A stretch of 61,689 nt of DNA from a virus (Duplodnaviria > Caudoviricetes). Within the stretch, counting starts at the first letter, position 1; every line of letters starts with the position of its first letter. Below are positions 29,119-37,929 of the stretch, one piece after another. The translations under genes were made by a program, and so were the position numbers. The stretch spans positions 1 through 61,689 of IMG/VR virus record IMGVR_UViG_3300011113_000660. One strand, given 5' to 3'. Under the pieces are notes generated by a model that worked only from the letters and a program-made list of their open reading frames with translations, did no database searches and was not told the origin of the DNA.

Positions 29119-30105
29119 ATGGCACTAGCACTAGACGGCACAACTGGCATATCAGCGTCGGGCAACATCACCGGCGGCAACGTAATTGCCAGCGGATCAT
29201 TGATTGTGGGCAGTTTTGCGCCAGCATCTCTCAGCACTGCTGGAAACGTCACTGGTGGCAACGTTTTAACAGGTGGCCGAGTCTCGGCCACTGGCAACAT
29301 CACAGGTAGTTTTATTCTTGGAAATGGTAGCCAGCTCACCGGCATTGACGCCACAAGCATCCAAAGTGGAACCAGCAACGTAAGAGTAGTCAGCTCGGGT
29401 GGCAACGTGGCCACGGGCATTGGTGGCACAGCCAACGTGGTTGTTGTGGCCACAACAGGACAGTTTGTAACTGGTGTTGTTAGTGCCTCTGGAGCAATTA
29501 CCACAGCAGGAGATATCAGTATCACTGGTAACATTGTTGACACTGGCCCACTGACTGTAACTACCACCAGCAACGGTAATATTACCTTGGCTCCCAATGG
29601 AACTGGTATAGTGATAGTCAACACCGATATCAGAAATGGCCAGGCCAGTGGCACAGGCAACATCGGAGCCAGTGGTGCAGTATTCAACACCATATTTGCC
29701 AAGGCCACATCAGCACAATACGCTGACTTGGCCGAAATGTACCAGGCCGACAAACAACTTGATGCCGGTCAAGTGGTTGAATTTGGTGGTGCTTATGAAA
29801 TACAAAAATCCATTAGCAGTCACAGTACTCGAGTGGCCGGCATAGTTTCTTCTAGTCCTAGCTATCTGATGAATTCTGCTCTGCAGGCTGAGTTCAAAGC
29901 TCCAGTGGCCTTGACTGGTCGTGTGCCCTGTTACGTGGTAGGCACAATCAGCAAAGGTGACAGATTGGTAGCCAGCGACATCTCTGGTGTGGCCACGGTT
30001 TTAGACATGACCAAATATGAACCAGGATGCATCCTTGGCAAGGCCTTGGAAGATTACGACAGCCAAGAAATTGGTCGAATAGAAGTAGCTGTAGGCAGGT
30101 TCTAA
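29119..30105 (+). CDS. Short fibre protein with ATSAQYADLAE chaperone-like C-terminus
   Basis: Paralogous to the C-terminal part of 22850-27514; TAAATA at 29093-29098. Confidence 0.8.
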   Translation: MALALDGTTGISASGNITGGNVIASGSLIVGSFAPASLSTAGNVTGGNVLTGGRVSATGNITGSFILGNGSQLTGIDATSIQSGTSNVRVVSSGGNVATGIGGTANVVVVATTGQFVTGVVSASGAITTAGDISITGNIVDTGPLTVTTTSNGNITLAPNGTGIVIVNTDIRNGQASGTGNIGASGAVFNTIFAKATSAQYADLAEMYQADKQLDAGQVVEFGGAYEIQKSISSHSTRVAGIVSSSPSYLMNSALQAEFKAPVALTGRVPCYVVGTISKGDRLVASDISGVATVLDMTKYEPGCILGKALEDYDSQEIGRIEVAVGRF

Positions 30106-30767
30106 TGCAGGCCCGATATAGATCGGACTATGCTGGCGAATTTGTGGTGGTAGAAACCCGGTGGTCAGCGGGTCGCAAAACCCAAACACGAGAGTGGATC
30201 GCCAATCCCATTGAAAACCATCACATAAGTGGTCGTGCGGCCTGTATTGGATCTGCATTTGACGCAGATCGTTTTGACCATGTCAGGTTGCAACGACACC
30301 GTGGCGGCTTGTTGGGTTCAAAAAAATTACAGACCTACGGTGTTGGTGACATAGCAAGTGCCATGCGCCTGGACTTTGCTGTGGAAACACGTGCCACCCA
30401 ACTTGCAACCTTGAAAGAATCAGGCTACGCAGAAAAAAACATCGTGTATACCACAGCCCGACAGTGTATTGCCATGCCAGGAGAATTTTATCTGATTCCC
30501 ATGGCGCCTGGCTTGTTGGACATAGCCATTTTGCCTTATCTGGCTGCCTTTGATGGGCATCAAGAAATATTTTTACTGGGCTACAATCAGGAAACACCTG
30601 TAGAGAATGCCACGTGGCATCAGCAGGTCAGTAACGTGATTGATGCCTATCCCGGCGTGCGATTCTATTTTGTTGGCGAACCTACCAACATGTATGATTC
30701 TTGGTTGGAACCTGCCAATGCCCAGGCTATGACTTATAGAGATTTCATTGGCTACTGCGATGTTTGA
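30105..30767 (+). CDS. Divergent paralog of the GT42/Maf-like protein
   Basis: RAACIGS, TYG and LAAFDGHQEIFLLGY. Start at ATG 30105, overlapping the upstream stop (TAATG). Confidence 0.5.
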   Translation: MQARYRSDYAGEFVVVETRWSAGRKTQTREWIANPIENHHISGRAACIGSAFDADRFDHVRLQRHRGGLLGSKKLQTYGVGDIASAMRLDFAVETRATQLATLKESGYAEKNIVYTTARQCIAMPGEFYLIPMAPGLLDIAILPYLAAFDGHQEIFLLGYNQETPVENATWHQQVSNVIDAYPGVRFYFVGEPTNMYDSWLEPANAQAMTYRDFIGYCDV

Positions 30768-31192
30768 ACCGTGGCCTCAATGATCTGTATCTTGCTTTGA
30801 ACTGCTTCAAAATTCACAGTTGACCAAAGTCCTGGATGCATGGGTCTGGGCCAGGTTCCTGAATCAATCCAGGCATAACCCAGGTGTTCATGATTGAGTT
30901 CAGGCACAAACTCTTGTTCCACGCTGCAATAAAAAGTATGATAGGCAAATACTCCGTCGACTGTGGTGAATTTTTCAATGGGTATCAGGCGCATGAAGTC
31001 AGGCACAAAGCCCAGTTCTTCTCGGCACTCTCTGAACATGGCATCACGTAGGCTTTCGCCGGCTTCTATCCTACCGCCAGGCAGACCCCATGACCCTGGA
31101 TGTTTTGGATCGTTTCTCATGAGATACAGATAGCGGCCAGTATCTACAGCATAGAACCAAACTCCTACAGCGTTTACAATACTAGGCTCCAT
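30752..31192 (-). CDS. NUDIX hydrolase
   Basis: Nudix box GGRIEAGESLRDAMFRECREELG. Confidence 0.92.
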   Translation of the reverse strand: MEPSIVNAVGVWFYAVDTGRYLYLMRNDPKHPGSWGLPGGRIEAGESLRDAMFRECREELGFVPDFMRLIPIEKFTTVDGVFAYHTFYCSVEQEFVPELNHEHLGYAWIDSGTWPRPMHPGLWSTVNFEAVQSKIQIIEATVQTSQ

Positions 31193-32565
31193 GTGCCTCC
31201 GGGATAAAGTCCCTGATATGATTTGATCCAGGCCGAGCCAGTCCAGCGATATTGTATTTCTGTGGTGACATTTGTGACATACTGTATATTATCTGGACTT
31301 GAGGCGCTGTCAAAAGAAATCTGCCACCGTGAGCCGTCGTATTCTACTATGTCGTTGGCCTGTGCTACCAAAGGTTGTCCGTTGACCCCTGCCCAGGCTT
31401 CGGCGTTGCCATCATCAAAACTGCCAGTGGCCTCGGTAAAAAGATATCGTTGTCCTACTGCCGCAGGGTCTAGTCCAGCTCCAGGGCCGCTTCGCAAAGG
31501 ATCAATCACGGCATCCACTGCTTCCAGGGTATTAGCCGGCACTGTGTCTGGATCTATAGTGAATAGCAGGAATCTGTCGTCAGTGGGATCAAATGCCACG
31601 GTGCCTATGACATCTGTGCCGTCTTCTTGTTCCAGCTTGATGTAGCTGATGCCTGGACGCAACACGCCATATTGTCCTACCACAGCTGACCACAACAAGT
31701 TGCTGGGCGGAGAGTCTGGCGGAGTCAAGCTGGTGTTGGGCTCGTCTATGACCTGCGGTGGTCGTAGGGCCTGAAGTTTGCCACCCACTAGCAAGGCCTG
31801 ATAGTTGAAGGGAGTAAACACCTGACGTGTGCCCAGCAACAAGTCATTGTCTAGTATGGCATTGGATGCATCGCCGTTGGCATCAAACACACTGGCCACT
31901 ATGCGCTCGATCACACCCAGTTTCTTGACCTTGGCCGGACTGCTGATCCAGATGGGTATGCTGAATGTCAGCGTGGCCACGTCAATGGGATTTTCAGCAT
32001 TGATGGGAATGGTGCGACTGCTCCAGTTCACACGTTCTAGGTTGCACACAGTCAGGCTGGTCCAGTCTATGTAGTTATCGGTGCTTTGTATCTCCAAAGC
32101 TGGATTGAACAGGACCACTATCTGTTCCAAGATCTGCATTTTCTGATTGGTGTTTGAGGTCCAGATATCCAGATTTATGGTCAGTTTGTAAGGCACTGGC
32201 ATGAGCCGTTCTATGGTAAAAGCATTGCCTTGTGTGGTTTCATAGGTGTCGGTCGCAGAATCATAGGTCCTTTGTCTAACCTGTATGTTGCTGACAAAGT
32301 AGGGCTCTTGCATCCTGGGACGATCATACTCCAAGGCTGTGATATAAAAGGTCATCAAGGGTGTTGATGGCAAGTTGTTGGCTGAATTTTCCTGTATGAT
32401 GGTCTGGGCCTGGCGGCTGGAATCACCGTAGCGCACTGGCACACGCACCAGGGTGTCGTTGATACCGGCTTCGTTGCGGCCATATGCCACTTCAAAGTTT
32501 GAAAAGATCCTGGCAAACTGCAACAAGAATCTGCGTATTTGGGCATCATAAAAAAATTGGGCCAT
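31174..32565 (-). CDS. 15: Tail sheath stabilizer/tail terminator (T4 gp15-like) with C-terminal extension
   Basis: FY..QIRRF..QF..IFS, VPVRYG, MPVPY.L...L.IW and QILEQI..LFNP. Confidence 0.8.
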   Translation of the reverse strand: MAQFFYDAQIRRFLLQFARIFSNFEVAYGRNEAGINDTLVRVPVRYGDSSRQAQTIIQENSANNLPSTPLMTFYITALEYDRPRMQEPYFVSNIQVRQRTYDSATDTYETTQGNAFTIERLMPVPYKLTINLDIWTSNTNQKMQILEQIVVLFNPALEIQSTDNYIDWTSLTVCNLERVNWSSRTIPINAENPIDVATLTFSIPIWISSPAKVKKLGVIERIVASVFDANGDASNAILDNDLLLGTRQVFTPFNYQALLVGGKLQALRPPQVIDEPNTSLTPPDSPPSNLLWSAVVGQYGVLRPGISYIKLEQEDGTDVIGTVAFDPTDDRFLLFTIDPDTVPANTLEAVDAVIDPLRSGPGAGLDPAAVGQRYLFTEATGSFDDGNAEAWAGVNGQPLVAQANDIVEYDGSRWQISFDSASSPDNIQYVTNVTTEIQYRWTGSAWIKSYQGLYPGGTWSLVL

Positions 32566-33932
32566 TATCGTCCTGGGGGTCTTGGGTTGGGTGGCAAGTT
32601 ACCACCTTGGTCACCGTTGTCGGCCAGTGGTTTGAGTATTTCACTGAGACTCTGACGGCTGGGTATGTTGCCCAGGTCTGTGGTGGGCACGGTGTAGGTG
32701 TTGTTGACAAAACTGGCTCGCTGTGTGAGTGCGCCTGCTGCCAAGTCAAGATCAGTCCTGACATTGTCTTCAATCTTGACCCAGGACCTGCCATTGAATC
32801 TAAACAAGCGATTGGGAAAATAATCCAGCCTCAGGGCATAGTCACCACTCACAGGATTCAGCGGAAAGCTCACGCCTGGTGTGACCGGCAGGCCATTGGG
32901 CGCATACTGATCTCCGGTAAGATAGCCCATGGTATAACCAAAGCTCTTGGGCGTGATACCGTCTCCGCCTTGCGTGCCATCCACTGTGGGATAAGTGTCA
33001 TCGGCTGTGAGTCCTGCACCAGCTGGCTGTCCGTCCTGGGTGGGCAGGATGTAGAATTTGGTAACATCATAGCCACTGAGTGGCACATCGGCCTGTGCTT
33101 GAAGCAATAGAGCATCATTGATGGCCAGATCTTTGGGCCTGGTGCTCATCCTGTCGCCTACGGTGGCAGGATTTTCTATCAAGGTCCAGTAAGGTTGTCC
33201 TGTGTTGGGATTTACAGCATCGATAGCAGTTCCGGGCGGAACATTGCCATTGGCCTGATAATAGGTGTTACCGTTGTTGACTATTTCACCAGAAGGATAA
33301 AAATTTCCCGGATCCCAGATGTTTTCTGGCATAAACGGCTGGTTGATGATCTGGCTGTATTCTTGCGCATTGACCATGGGTGTGGCCTTGATGCGCCACA
33401 GATGTGGCTGCCAGGTTTGGCTAAATCCTTCCGACGCATAGTTGCCATCCTGTATCACATAGTATCTGGGCAAGGGCAAAGGAATGGAACGGTCCAAGGG
33501 ATGATAGTCTTTGAGATTGGGCACCTCGATCACATCACCTACCATGAGTTTGCGACCCAAGGTGTCAATCATGTCATTGTAGTGGAAGGTGATAAACAAG
33601 GTATCACCATTTAAAAATAATCCAAATTGGGTGAGATCAAAATCTATGTCCTGCGTTCTATAAACACCACGCATGACAAATATGTCTGGGTCATACACTC
33701 GGTCACGATTTTCCAACAACAGCAGATCTTCTATGAACAAAGGACTTTCTGCGCCATAGGTAGGTATAGTAACGTCACCCGGTGAGTTGGTCTGATCCGG
33801 ATTCAGTTGTGGGCCCAGATATTTGTGCACCAAGATATCAATGCCGCCCACAGTGAACATTTCGCTGATGTTGCGGTCAAGATACTGGTAATCATAGGTC
33901 CTGTTGGGGCGATAAAGGCTGAGTCGCGGCAT
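32565..33932 (-). CDS. 14: Neck/head-closure protein (T4 gp14-like)
   Basis: GG.D...HKY, D.LLLENRDR.Y, QFGL and GDVIEVP; adjacent to gp15. Start MPRLSLY lies 7 nt after TAAATA (33940-33945, minus strand). Confidence 0.65.
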   Translation of the reverse strand: MPRLSLYRPNRTYDYQYLDRNISEMFTVGGIDILVHKYLGPQLNPDQTNSPGDVTIPTYGAESPLFIEDLLLLENRDRVYDPDIFVMRGVYRTQDIDFDLTQFGLFLNGDTLFITFHYNDMIDTLGRKLMVGDVIEVPNLKDYHPLDRSIPLPLPRYYVIQDGNYASEGFSQTWQPHLWRIKATPMVNAQEYSQIINQPFMPENIWDPGNFYPSGEIVNNGNTYYQANGNVPPGTAIDAVNPNTGQPYWTLIENPATVGDRMSTRPKDLAINDALLLQAQADVPLSGYDVTKFYILPTQDGQPAGAGLTADDTYPTVDGTQGGDGITPKSFGYTMGYLTGDQYAPNGLPVTPGVSFPLNPVSGDYALRLDYFPNRLFRFNGRSWVKIEDNVRTDLDLAAGALTQRASFVNNTYTVPTTDLGNIPSRQSLSEILKPLADNGDQGGNLPPNPRPPGR

Positions 33933-33954
33933 AGTCTTGTATTTATGGGTCAAA

Positions 33955-33983
33955 TTGACTTGCAACTCCAAAGCAGTTATAAT
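33955..33983 (+). promoter_or_regulatory. Sigma70-type promoter
   Basis: TTGACT-N17-TATAAT; ATG 33991 is 7 nt downstream. Confidence 0.8.
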
Positions 33984-33990
33984 TAACTAC

Positions 33991-34245
33991 ATGGATGAAC
34001 TGCTAGACCGCCTGGGACAAATTGAGCGCCAAATACCACAGATCCGCAACAAAGTGGCACGCCGAGATTTGATGAAAATGCTCAAAAACATTGATGTGGC
34101 TGTAAATGCTGCCAGCCGCGAAAGTGTGGAGTGCCGTAGACTGCACAGAGAAACGCTACACTACCGAGAATTGGTCCAGCAGGCTCAGGCCCTGATCACC
34201 AACCTGGAGCAACACCTAACATTTGCGGCATTGTTAAACGGTTGA
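33991..34245 (+). CDS. Hypothetical helical protein (early/middle)
   Basis: 84 aa from MDELLDRL, directly behind a sigma70 promoter. Confidence 0.7.
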   Translation: MDELLDRLGQIERQIPQIRNKVARRDLMKMLKNIDVAVNAASRESVECRRLHRETLHYRELVQQAQALITNLEQHLTFAALLNG

Positions 34246-34270
34246 CCAAAAATGGCTCTGGTGCTATAAT
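34242..34270 (+). promoter_or_regulatory. Sigma70-type promoter with extended -10
   Basis: TTGACC-N17-TATAAT with TG at 34262-34263; AGGAG SD downstream. Confidence 0.85.
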
Positions 34271-34294
34271 ATTCTAATAAACTCAGGAGAACCC

Positions 34295-35440
34295 ATGAAC
34301 GCACGAGCCGCAACTGTGATCAAGCCCTTGAATCCCAAAGGCGCAGAAACCAAATATGTTGGACACGAGCCTGACTGGAAATTCCAGCCCACAGAAGAAA
34401 ATCGCATCAGTGCCTTCAGCAAGGCCTTTGCCTGGTACAACTATCACTATGGCAAAAAAGATGCCAAGGACATGCTGTGTCAGTACCTGGACGTCAATCA
34501 TAGAAGCAAGGATGCCAAACTCATGCGTGGCATTCCGGACAGCCAGATTCGACTTACACCGGCCTGGGTATGCAGGATGACCTTGATGGGCCTGACGCTC
34601 AACGAGCATGAACAGTGCATCGTTGACGAGCAGATCGCCACTATGCTAAAAATCAAACAAGAAGTCAAAAAGGTCATTGACGAAGCCGAAGTGGCCGTGG
34701 CAAAACTTACCATCCAAGATCACCTGCGTGAGAAAGTGAGTGAATGTGCCGGCGAACTAGAAGGCATGTTTGATGACTTTATCTCGGCCGGCGCCCGGAT
34801 GACGGCAGATTGGAAACCCATCGCACAGATCCGTGGCATGAACATCAGCCCCAACATGGTGGGCACCATTGCCGATGTGTGGAAAACAAAGTTGGCCGAG
34901 TTTGAACAAGTGTTGGAAGGAACCGATGCGGACCTAGCAGAAGGCTACAGCCACCTCAACAAAAATCAGATCAAGCAGTGCATCAAATTCATTGAGCAGG
35001 TCATAGCAGATTGTGGCAACTATGTGCAGATCAAGAAAGTAGAACGCAAGCCAAGAGCCAAGAAAGCAGTTAGCCCAGAAAAGCTCAGCGCCAAGTTCAA
35101 ATACCTCAAAGATTTTGCTGAACTTAAACTGACCAGTATCGCACCAGCTCAATTGGTGGGTGCTGGCGAAGCTTGGTTGTATGATACCAAAAAACGCAAG
35201 TTGATCCATGTCATGGCCGACGCTCATCTTGGCACATTTAGTGTCAAAGGATCAGCTGTCGTGGGCTTTGACACCATGCAAACTGTACAAAAAACTCTAC
35301 GCAAGCCTGCAGAGCAGTTAAAAGAACTCATGTCGGGCGGAAAACCTGCGGCTCGCAAGGTGTTTAAAGATATCCGAGCCACAGAAACCAAGTTCAACGG
35401 ACGTGGCAACGAGAATCTGATCATACTCAAGGCCTGGTAA
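34295..35440 (+). CDS. Hypothetical phage protein (basic C-terminus)
   Basis: 381-aa ORF with good SD; KTLRKP...NGR.NE..I.LK C-terminus; function not recognised. Confidence 0.75.
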   Translation: MNARAATVIKPLNPKGAETKYVGHEPDWKFQPTEENRISAFSKAFAWYNYHYGKKDAKDMLCQYLDVNHRSKDAKLMRGIPDSQIRLTPAWVCRMTLMGLTLNEHEQCIVDEQIATMLKIKQEVKKVIDEAEVAVAKLTIQDHLREKVSECAGELEGMFDDFISAGARMTADWKPIAQIRGMNISPNMVGTIADVWKTKLAEFEQVLEGTDADLAEGYSHLNKNQIKQCIKFIEQVIADCGNYVQIKKVERKPRAKKAVSPEKLSAKFKYLKDFAELKLTSIAPAQLVGAGEAWLYDTKKRKLIHVMADAHLGTFSVKGSAVVGFDTMQTVQKTLRKPAEQLKELMSGGKPAARKVFKDIRATETKFNGRGNENLIILKAW

Positions 35441-35464
35441 ATACAAGGGAACGGAGTTCCCTAC

Positions 35465-36235
35465 ATGGCCTTAGAAAATCAATCCAGCTTAGAAACCCTA
35501 AAACAACAACTGTTTGACTATGTCAGACTGACCTTGGGTGATCAGATCGTAGATCTTGAGCTGGATGCAGAACACTACGATGCAGCCTATCAGAGAACCA
35601 TTGGGGTGTATCGTCAAAGAGCACAAAATGCTTATGAAGAAAGCTATACCTTCATGGAACTGGTGGCCAATGTCAACATCTACGACCTGCCACAGGAAGT
35701 CATAACTGTACGACAAATCTTCCGTAGAACCTTTGGCGATAGTACAGGACCCTTTGCCAGCAACTTTGATCCATTCAGCCAGGCCAGCATGAACGTGTAT
35801 CTCATGAACTTCAACGTGGCCGGAGGACTTGCTACATACGATTTCTACAGTCAATATGTGGAACTGGCCGGACGCATGTTTGGCGCCTACATGAACTATA
35901 CCTGGAATCCTGTGACCAAGAAACTTCAATTGATCCGCGATCCCAAAGGCACCGGAGAGAATGTGCTGTTATGGACCTACAATCTCAAGCCTGAATTCAA
36001 CTTGTTACAGGACTTCCAGATACAACAATGGATACGTGACTACATGGTAGCAGCCTCGAAGATGATCATTGGTGAAGCAAGAGAAAAATTTGGACAGTAT
36101 GCAGGACCACAAGGTGGCAGTCAGCTCAATGGCACTGCTCTCAAAACTGAAGCACAGGCACAAATGGACAGCCTGATCGAACAACTCAAGAACTATGTGG
36201 ATGGCAGCCAGCCCATCACCTTTGTAATCGGTTAA
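35465..36235 (+). CDS. 13: Neck protein (T4 gp13-like)
   Basis: LG...VDLEL, WIRDY..A..K...GE.R.KF....GP.GG.QLNG; TAAATA at 35438-35443. Confidence 0.8.
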   Translation: MALENQSSLETLKQQLFDYVRLTLGDQIVDLELDAEHYDAAYQRTIGVYRQRAQNAYEESYTFMELVANVNIYDLPQEVITVRQIFRRTFGDSTGPFASNFDPFSQASMNVYLMNFNVAGGLATYDFYSQYVELAGRMFGAYMNYTWNPVTKKLQLIRDPKGTGENVLLWTYNLKPEFNLLQDFQIQQWIRDYMVAASKMIIGEAREKFGQYAGPQGGSQLNGTALKTEAQAQMDSLIEQLKNYVDGSQPITFVIG

Positions 36236-36262
36236 TAGATCCTAGCTTTATTTCTAAACTCA

Positions 36263-36271
36263 TGCTATACT
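36263..36271 (+). promoter_or_regulatory. Extended -10 promoter element (TGnTATACT)
   Basis: TGCTATACT, 6 nt upstream of ATG 36278. Confidence 0.55.
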
Positions 36272-36277
36272 ATTAGC

Positions 36278-36799
36278 ATGGACTTAATGATTGATCTTGA
36301 GGGGTTAGCAACTGGACCCGATACTACTATACTGACCATTGCCGCTCAGGCATTTGATCCATTTGGTACGGGGTATTATGATCAACAATACTACGCTAGA
36401 ATAACATTGGAAAGTCAACCCGATAGAAGCATTGATCAAGGCACACTAGAGTGGTGGGCAACGCAACCTTCTGCGGCCAAGGATGAAGCTTTTATGGAAG
36501 AAGGTCGTATTCCTTTAGATGTAGCATTAGATAGTTTAGGCAAACTAATCTGGCACGCCAAACGAGTTTGGGCCCAAGGACCAACCTATGACATGAATAT
36601 CCTGGAGCATGCCTACAAGAGTTACGGTAAAGCACTTCCTTGGCAGTTTTATTCCGTAAGAGACAGCAGAACTGTATTTTCATTATGGCCTGGCTTGCCT
36701 AAGCCACCCACTAGTCATCATGCACTGGAAGATTGTCGTAGACAGATTGACATGTTGCAGGCCACATTTCGACATCTTAATGTAAAAGAACTAAGATGA
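36278..36799 (+). CDS. DEDDh 3'-5' exonuclease (DexA / Rv2179c-like)
   Basis: MIDLE, WAQG..YD, RDSRT and HHALEDC. Confidence 0.88.
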   Translation: MDLMIDLEGLATGPDTTILTIAAQAFDPFGTGYYDQQYYARITLESQPDRSIDQGTLEWWATQPSAAKDEAFMEEGRIPLDVALDSLGKLIWHAKRVWAQGPTYDMNILEHAYKSYGKALPWQFYSVRDSRTVFSLWPGLPKPPTSHHALEDCRRQIDMLQATFRHLNVKELR

Positions 36800-37929
36800 T
36801 CACTGTTCCAGCACAACGGTTACAGAATTTTGGCACACTCAACACTTTAGATGCTTTGCAATCTATGGACATAGAATCTATAAATCAATATGTCAAAAAT
36901 CATGCAACAATGGTCCGCCCTGGTGAGAAACTGCACGTGGTGTTTACATCATTGACCGAAGCTGGTTCTCTATCTACAAATGTAAAATATACTGTTGAAC
37001 AATTTGCTAGATATGATATCAAAGTCACCTTGTTGCTCAACAGCTACATGAACCACTGGGCAGAGGAACTCGAACAATTGCTTTGCGATGTTATATATGT
37101 TGATTACTTTTTATGGCGAACCTACAGCGAACTAGAACTGAAAAAAAACAATTCGGTGAATATGCAATGGAATCCTGACGCCAAACAATTTCTTTTTTTA
37201 ACAGGCAAGCCAAACAAAATAAATCGCATAAGATTACTTTGGAAATTACACAAACAAAATTTGTTGCCACATGCCATATGGTCTTTGTTTGTGAACAATG
37301 AGAACAAACAATCGGCCTATGAACATGTGCCTGAGCTAGATTACAGAGATTTTGAACTGTTTGTGACGCAATTTGCCAGTAATCCAGATCAAATACAAGT
37401 TGTACAAAATCCAAACATGGATCTTCACTATGGAGGTATACCTTTTGAGCATGATCTTTTTCAACGCACTCGATTTAGAGTGATCGCAGAAACTGGAATG
37501 GAACATCCAAAACCCTGGATCACTGAAAAAACCTGGATTACAATAGCTAACAATCACCCATTTGTCATGGCAGGAGACAGAGGCACATGTCAAAGATTGC
37601 AACAGATGGGATTCCGCACTTTTGAAAACTATCTCGAGCTACTCGATTATGATAAAATCTCAAAATCAGAACAACGGCTTGATGCCGTGGTAGAAAATGT
37701 TAAACATCTGTTGACATCAACCAAGCATGATCAAGTCATGCTTGCAGATGTAGAACATAATCGTCGACGTTTTTTAGAATTAGGAGAATCTAATCAAAAA
37801 AAATTATGTGATTTTTTTAGCAATGCCAACATACCACAACAACAGATGGAATTTTATATTTTCAGTAGAGATATAATATATGACGAGTACATGGCCAGAA
37901 TTCATCAAACAAGGAGAATTGCACAATGA
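36796..37929 (+). CDS. AT-rich accessory protein, possibly glycosyltransferase-like (GT-B / GT10-type motif)
   Basis: FLFL..K....R and VIAET....WITEKTW..I...HPF..........L..MGFRTF.....YD. Confidence 0.45.
   Translation: MITVPAQRLQNFGTLNTLDALQSMDIESINQYVKNHATMVRPGEKLHVVFTSLTEAGSLSTNVKYTVEQFARYDIKVTLLLNSYMNHWAEELEQLLCDVIYVDYFLWRTYSELELKKNNSVNMQWNPDAKQFLFLTGKPNKINRIRLLWKLHKQNLLPHAIWSLFVNNENKQSAYEHVPELDYRDFELFVTQFASNPDQIQVVQNPNMDLHYGGIPFEHDLFQRTRFRVIAETGMEHPKPWITEKTWITIANNHPFVMAGDRGTCQRLQQMGFRTFENYLELLDYDKISKSEQRLDAVVENVKHLLTSTKHDQVMLADVEHNRRRFLELGESNQKKLCDFFSNANIPQQQMEFYIFSRDIIYDEYMARIHQTRRIAQ

Noticed and set aside
22850-29400. Fibre repeats as a CRISPR array or DGR template
   Set aside because: The repeats are in-frame, degenerate at third codon positions and lack unique spacers. 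There is no cas gene, reverse transcriptase or adenine-specific TR/VR pattern.
21615-29753. Long antisense ORFs with MLPPVTLPVA repeats
   Set aside because: They are the reverse-strand shadow of the GGN/TGN fibre repeats and have no independent promoters or SD.
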